Source: a virus
Lineage: Duplodnaviria; Caudoviricetes
DNA: 64,000 bases
Direction: 5' to 3' (one strand)
Virus record (IMG/VR): IMGVR_UViG_3300047283_000054
The position numbers were made by a program, and so were the translations under genes. Positions 59,252 to 64,000 of this stretch are shown here, piece after piece. The notes beneath the pieces are model-generated. The model was not told the DNA's origin. It saw nothing but the letters and a program-made list of their open reading frames with translations, and did no database searches. The first letter of the stretch is position 1, and every line of letters starts with the position of its first letter.

Positions 59252-62200
59252 TTATGCTACCGTTTCTAGGGCGGCTAACTCATCTGATAATGCAAGCCAT
59301 TTATTTCTCAATTCATTAATTTGAGGATCACCTGCCGGAAGTTCATTTTTTGCCGTAGTAAATGCTAATCTAGCCTCTCTAACTTCACCAACTTTAGCAA
59401 ACACTTTTTCAGTTAATACTCTCTGCTCCTCTGCCTTATTTCTAATAGCTTCTGTTCCTGCAGTCTCACCTGTCGTTGCAGGATTGCCACTATAGTTTGG
59501 TAATGGTATCTTTGTATTACCAAATACACTAGCTAACTGTGTTGATAAAGCAGGACGTGTACCGTCAGTATTAGTACCTATATTTGGTAATGTTATTGGC
59601 ACTGAACCACCTGAACTTAATGATGCTATCGAACTATTCAACTTGGAAGCTAATGCAGGACTTAGTCCAATACTAGCTAATGCTTGCAATGATGCACCAG
59701 GTAATTTTAGTTGATTGATTAAATTGCTTGCGCCACCTGGTAATGATCCTACATTTACAGCCGCAGTAACTTGCCCTAAAGCGGCTGTTATTCCGGCAGT
59801 TCCGGGTATTAGATTTACCGCACCTTTGGCATTATCTATAATATTTGATACGGCACTTTGTGCTCCCGGCAATCCACTTAGTCCAGTTGATGCGCTTACT
59901 GGTAATGTTGCTTTAACTGCACTCACTGCATTTTCTGCACTTGTTACTAAATTAGTAGATGTACCCAACCCAGTAGTTACTGCCTTTGTAACACCATCTA
60001 GTCCGTTAGTGGCTGATGAGGCTGCTCCTGAGGCAATACTTGCGGCATCTATTCCTGAAGCAGAGGACGCAGATTTCAATACTCCTGCAACATCGCTAGC
60101 TTCTGTACCAGACGCTTGTACATCTGCTGTAGCCTTATCAGCAATTTGTTTTAAGTTTTGTGGCACACCTGCCTTGAGAGTTGGGAATCCTTTAGTAATT
60201 GCATCAAATGCTGAACCAGCAACACCCTTAGCACTGTCTAATAATCCACTTAGTCCGCCACCTAGTTTTGTTAACCCACCTAATGAAGTTGCAATAGAAC
60301 CTAATCCACCTGTTACGACTGAAGTTAAGTTGGCTGCAAAATTACCAGAAGATATTGCACCAGTTACACTACCTAACATTGTGTTGACTGCCCCACCTGC
60401 CTTACCTACTATTCCAGAAACTCCACCAGCACCTAATGCACCTGATGCTGTTTTTAAATAATTAACAGTACTAGCTAAACCAACGCTAGCAGTAGCAGTA
60501 ACTAGTCCAGCAATTTGACCAGATGCTTCTTTGCCTGTTATAACACCTGCTTGTGTAAGTTGTGTTTGTGCTTGTTGGAAGTTACTAACTTGTGTTTGAA
60601 CTTGTGCTGTAGTATTATTAATATAAGTTGCGATGTTTTCTGCTCCTGGCTTTCCTGTAAAGATAGCCGACGGCATTGCTTGTTCAATGGTTTTACCTGA
60701 ACTAACTAACGCATTTACTAATGTCGCTGAACCAGGTTTAATTACACCAGCCGCTTCAAGTTGTTGTGTAGATTGTGCCATCTTACCTATTATAGCAGTA
60801 CCGTCTACTACACCTGCTCCTAGCTTAACTGCGGCTGCGGCCTTTCCAGTCTGTGCCGCTGTTGCAACAGCACCAACCATACCGGTTGTAGTATTTGTAT
60901 CTAGTGCTTTACTGATTGCCCCAGTGACTGGCACAGTTGATGCTACACTAGGTGCGACCGGTGCACTAGGTGTACTTGGTACAGAGGCATTAGCAGCCGC
61001 GACAGCCGCTGATGGTGCGCTTGGGAAGTTTGCACTAGCATTGTTATCTACTTTTACATCAACACCTTGATTTGCACTTGCCCAAGGACTATGTGCAGGT
61101 GCTCTACTTACAATACTTATTAATGCTCCTGGTGCCGCCGCCCAACCTTTAGTAGCATCATATAGTGTATCAGTATGTGCTACTCTTGTTAGTGATTTAA
61201 CTACCTGAGGAACTGTACCTGATGAACCTGTGTTCAAATTAATCTTACTACCATTAATGTATGTTGCACTTTGACTTGCAAAACTAGCTTCCCCTGAAGA
61301 TTTAAAACTCATTTGGTAATCAGTTTTTAATGTGTATTTGCCTAATGTATAAGTTGAGAAATCTGTACCCGCTTTGATTTCCATCTTTTTGTCAGTCTCA
61401 ATGTTAATATTATCTGCTGAGATTTTTAAATCTTTTTTAGCATTTATATTAATATTGTTATCAGCGTGTAGGTTTAAATCACCCTGTGTTCGTATGTTAA
61501 CTGAGTTAGTAGCGTACATATCAATTGTACCTTCTTTACCTAACTCAATCCAACTTTGTCCATTAGCGTGAATGATGAATAAACATTGTCCGTCATCACT
61601 CATTAATATCTGATGACCTAAGCTACTGCGTAATCTTACTAATTGGTCTCTACCTAACAGATCGCCGTCATCCATTACGATGCTATGACCTACTCTACGT
61701 GAAGTAATCTTTAAACTACTTTGTTGACCTTGACCAGTTGCGGCAGCGGCAATAGTTTCATCGGTAAAGCCACCTTCATAGATAGGTCTACCTGGTGTAT
61801 TAACTCCCCAACCAACACGACTAGGACTTTCACGTTGACTACTAGTTCCTATTGTACCTCGTATTGTATCTCTAATTAAACCCTGTTGATTTAATACACC
61901 TGCAAGATAACTGTTAACAGGCTTTGGTTCATTAAAGAATGTAGGGCTTTCGTTAATTGCATTATTATTTGTATTGATATTAGTTACAGGCAACTTCTTT
62001 GCACCACCATAACTATTTGCTTCATTGGCATTTAATACAGCAGTTTCAGTTGATCCGTTAGCCGGTACCATGTATAATGCTTCTGGCTCAGGTACACAAC
62101 CAATCCAATAACCATAGTTAGGATCACCGTTGATAAAAATACATATAACAGTTGTACCAATATCCGGCGGGCTACTCCATACACCATAACTAATTGGATT

Positions 62201-62470
62201 TTGCAAATATGTTCCGTATCCTGTCTTATCGCCTGTACCTTCAGTCAATCCATAGAATGAAGTCATATAGTTAACTGTTACCCAACTATTGGCATCATCT
62301 GGGTCTGTACCGCCCATATCACTGAGATATACACGTAATCTACCTGAACGTATAGGGTCGATGTTATCTTTTACTACTCCAAAAACAGGTACAGGACTAA
62401 CTACTGCACCACCTGCACCTAGTTTATTTGCGCTTGTTGCGCCTTTGGGTTTAAAGATATTATTTGCCAT
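59252..62470 (-). CDS. Baseplate spike/hub protein, gp5/VgrG-like, with long A/G/S-rich C-terminal extension
   Basis: OB-fold GVVKDNIDPIRSGRLRVY...PPDIGTTVICIFINGD...YWIG; GHSIVMDD...GHQILMSD; beta-helix repeats; INGSKINLN. Confidence 0.85.
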   Translation of the reverse strand: MANNIFKPKGATSANKLGAGGAVVSPVPVFGVVKDNIDPIRSGRLRVYLSDMGGTDPDDANSWVTVNYMTSFYGLTEGTGDKTGYGTYLQNPISYGVWSSPPDIGTTVICIFINGDPNYGYWIGCVPEPEALYMVPANGSTETAVLNANEANSYGGAKKLPVTNINTNNNAINESPTFFNEPKPVNSYLAGVLNQQGLIRDTIRGTIGTSSQRESPSRVGWGVNTPGRPIYEGGFTDETIAAAATGQGQQSSLKITSRRVGHSIVMDDGDLLGRDQLVRLRSSLGHQILMSDDGQCLFIIHANGQSWIELGKEGTIDMYATNSVNIRTQGDLNLHADNNININAKKDLKISADNINIETDKKMEIKAGTDFSTYTLGKYTLKTDYQMSFKSSGEASFASQSATYINGSKINLNTGSSGTVPQVVKSLTRVAHTDTLYDATKGWAAAPGALISIVSRAPAHSPWASANQGVDVKVDNNASANFPSAPSAAVAAANASVPSTPSAPVAPSVASTVPVTGAISKALDTNTTTGMVGAVATAAQTGKAAAAVKLGAGVVDGTAIIGKMAQSTQQLEAAGVIKPGSATLVNALVSSGKTIEQAMPSAIFTGKPGAENIATYINNTTAQVQTQVSNFQQAQTQLTQAGVITGKEASGQIAGLVTATASVGLASTVNYLKTASGALGAGGVSGIVGKAGGAVNTMLGSVTGAISSGNFAANLTSVVTGGLGSIATSLGGLTKLGGGLSGLLDSAKGVAGSAFDAITKGFPTLKAGVPQNLKQIADKATADVQASGTEASDVAGVLKSASSASGIDAASIASGAASSATNGLDGVTKAVTTGLGTSTNLVTSAENAVSAVKATLPVSASTGLSGLPGAQSAVSNIIDNAKGAVNLIPGTAGITAALGQVTAAVNVGSLPGGASNLINQLKLPGASLQALASIGLSPALASKLNSSIASLSSGGSVPITLPNIGTNTDGTRPALSTQLASVFGNTKIPLPNYSGNPATTGETAGTEAIRNKAEEQRVLTEKVFAKVGEVREARLAFTTAKNELPAGDPQINELRNKWLALSDELAALETVA

Positions 62471-64000
62471 TATGCGCCTTCACCTGGTCTTGCACCAGTA
62501 AGTAATGTGGTGTTTTCTGTTTCTCTACCTGCATCCGGACTTTGAGAATTAACAATACCATTTTGTGTTTGACCTGCATTTTGAACACTATCGTCATTTG
62601 CTACACCTTGATCCGTACTTTCTGTTGTAGTTGTAACAGGTGTATCACTAACGGGAACTCCGGAATCTACAAATTGTTGTTGTAATGCTATAGCCTCATC
62701 AACTCCTGAAAATTCATTTTCGGGAGTGTACCCGGTACTGGCACTAGTGCTAGTACCACTAGAAGGTGTAGAACCTTCACCACCGTCACTGGTACCTGAG
62801 CGAACATCGGAGCTTGCTAAATCTATACGTCTAGGATCATTAGCGGCAAATGCGGTTCTTGCGTTAGCCGCTGTTTCGGTTGTTAATGCTACACCAGTTC
62901 TTGCGGCGGTAGCATCTGTTACATTAGCTCTTCCACCCAGTGCCGCTGCCGGTGTTCCCACTACTCCCGGGAAGTCATTGATACAACAATTTAATGTTTG
63001 CTCAAACTTACCACCTCTAAAACTATGGTCTATATCAAGAACCATATAGCTAATACCTTTAATCTTATTAGCTACTGCGGCAGGGTAATTCCAAAAGTAT
63101 ATAGACTCATTAATACTTAATAAGCCATCACTATTCTTATAGTCAATTGCTTCCTTAAAATCAATTTCAATAAACACTTGTCCACCATTTGGATTAATAG
63201 TAAATCCATCACTACCATAGAATTGATTATAAACTTGGTTAATGCTTGAAGGTGTCTCTTGTGCTAGATAATCAGGGTCACCCAATATAACAACTTTGGC
63301 TTTAGCATATGCACCTGGATCATACAAACTGGTCATATATGCATTTTGTGCTTCCATACCAACGTCTTGTCGACCTTGGGTATCTTGATTCTGCTTTTTG
63401 TTTGGGTATGTGGGTACTTGAGCTCCGCCACCTTGACTTGCAGGATCACCGTTGGGAGTTAATGCAACGTTAAAATAACTATTGTCCATTGTTTGTTCGT
63501 ATGATATCACCTCACTATTCTTACCAGTGAACCAATATTCATATCGTTTGTGCGGGCCATAATACTTACTAGATTTTGTATATGGTGATGAGGCTGCAGG
63601 TGTCTCATATGGTTGAATAACGTATGTAATCTCATATGCAAAATCTCCCACCTTAGTATCAAATCCTAATGTTTTAATTTCAGTGCTCAAATTATACCAT
63701 TTAATTGGTGGTATGTTTTTCTTAGTAACTACTTCTGGACTGTTTGTGTCAGGGTCTGGTTCTTCACTAGCAACAAATATAACTTTAAGCGCATCTTCCA
63801 TATATGAACTTTGCTTGATAATATTATTAATAGCTTGAGGAATAGGTGTCCCCTTATCAATTTGAATTAATCTTTTAGTAGTATCAGGTGTTGATTTAAC
63901 GCTTGTACCCTCAGTTACTTCATTTGAGTTATCCGCCCTACTCATTGGTTGTTTTTTTCTGTCAGGGTCTGCTTTGCTAATAAGACTTGCATTTTGTATA
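62470..64000 (-). CDS. Baseplate hub / tail protein (gp27-like position), 5' end outside the window
   Basis: The frame stays open upstream of the track ATG to the window edge (…IQNASLISKADPDRKKQP-MSRAD). ILGDPDYL and YMVLDIDHSFRGGKFEQTL are hub-type motifs; directly upstream of the gp5-like gene. Confidence 0.65.
   Translation of the reverse strand, partial: IQNASLISKADPDRKKQPMSRADNSNEVTEGTSVKSTPDTTKRLIQIDKGTPIPQAINNIIKQSSYMEDALKVIFVASEEPDPDTNSPEVVTKKNIPPIKWYNLSTEIKTLGFDTKVGDFAYEITYVIQPYETPAASSPYTKSSKYYGPHKRYEYWFTGKNSEVISYEQTMDNSYFNVALTPNGDPASQGGGAQVPTYPNKKQNQDTQGRQDVGMEAQNAYMTSLYDPGAYAKAKVVILGDPDYLAQETPSSINQVYNQFYGSDGFTINPNGGQVFIEIDFKEAIDYKNSDGLLSINESIYFWNYPAAVANKIKGISYMVLDIDHSFRGGKFEQTLNCCINDFPGVVGTPAAALGGRANVTDATAARTGVALTTETAANARTAFAANDPRRIDLASSDVRSGTSDGGEGSTPSSGTSTSASTGYTPENEFSGVDEAIALQQQFVDSGVPVSDTPVTTTTESTDQGVANDDSVQNAGQTQNGIVNSQSPDAGRETENTTLLTGARPGEGA

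Noticed and set aside
217-63049. Plus-strand ORFs in the track (e.g. 217-567, 771-959, 4957-5346, 59715-60461, 62726-63049) and short nested minus-strand ORFs
   Set aside because: They are antisense or off-frame shadows of well-supported minus-strand genes or regulatory DNA, with no recognisable motifs.
33550-64000. Bacterial T6SS/eCIS locus rather than phage
   Set aside because: Giant gp6-associated proteins, tail fibres, T4-like late-promoter motifs, single-strand dense packing and stand-alone pstS/tmRNA fit a large lytic phage. No Tss/Afp-specific genes were seen.
1-64000. Stop-codon reassignment (seen in some jumbo phages)
   Set aside because: The standard code gives near-complete coding density, including an uninterrupted 6258-codon ORF.

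Overview
This window is a 64-kb, AT-rich segment of a large contractile-tailed (myovirus-like, probably jumbo) phage. Every supported gene is on the minus strand. In transcription order (right to left) there are three parts. (1) A baseplate/tail block: a partial hub protein, a gp5/VgrG-like spike, gp25-like and gp6-like wedge proteins, a 6258-aa mosaic structural protein and tail-fibre genes. (2) Directly downstream, a ~31-kb run of overlapping genes for tailoring enzymes: 15 radical SAM paralogues (14 with an N-terminal twitch/SPASM-like module), three glycosyltransferase-like proteins, a 1355-aa repeat/GT-like protein, a NodU/CmcH carbamoyltransferase with a nearby 34-aa peptide gene, three SGNH-like proteins and an SDR. 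(3) A host-physiology block: a circularly permuted two-piece tmRNA, pstS with a Pho box, and a DUF4214/S-layer-like gene behind a perfect CRP-type palindrome. A recurring (A/C/T)TAA(A/G)TA motif resembling the T4 late promoter precedes structural genes, enzyme genes and the tmRNA. The best candidate for an undescribed system is the tail-linked radical SAM/glycosylation locus, inferred but not shown to be a virion- or surface-glycan tailoring pathway. All family calls come from reading motifs by eye; no database searches were run.
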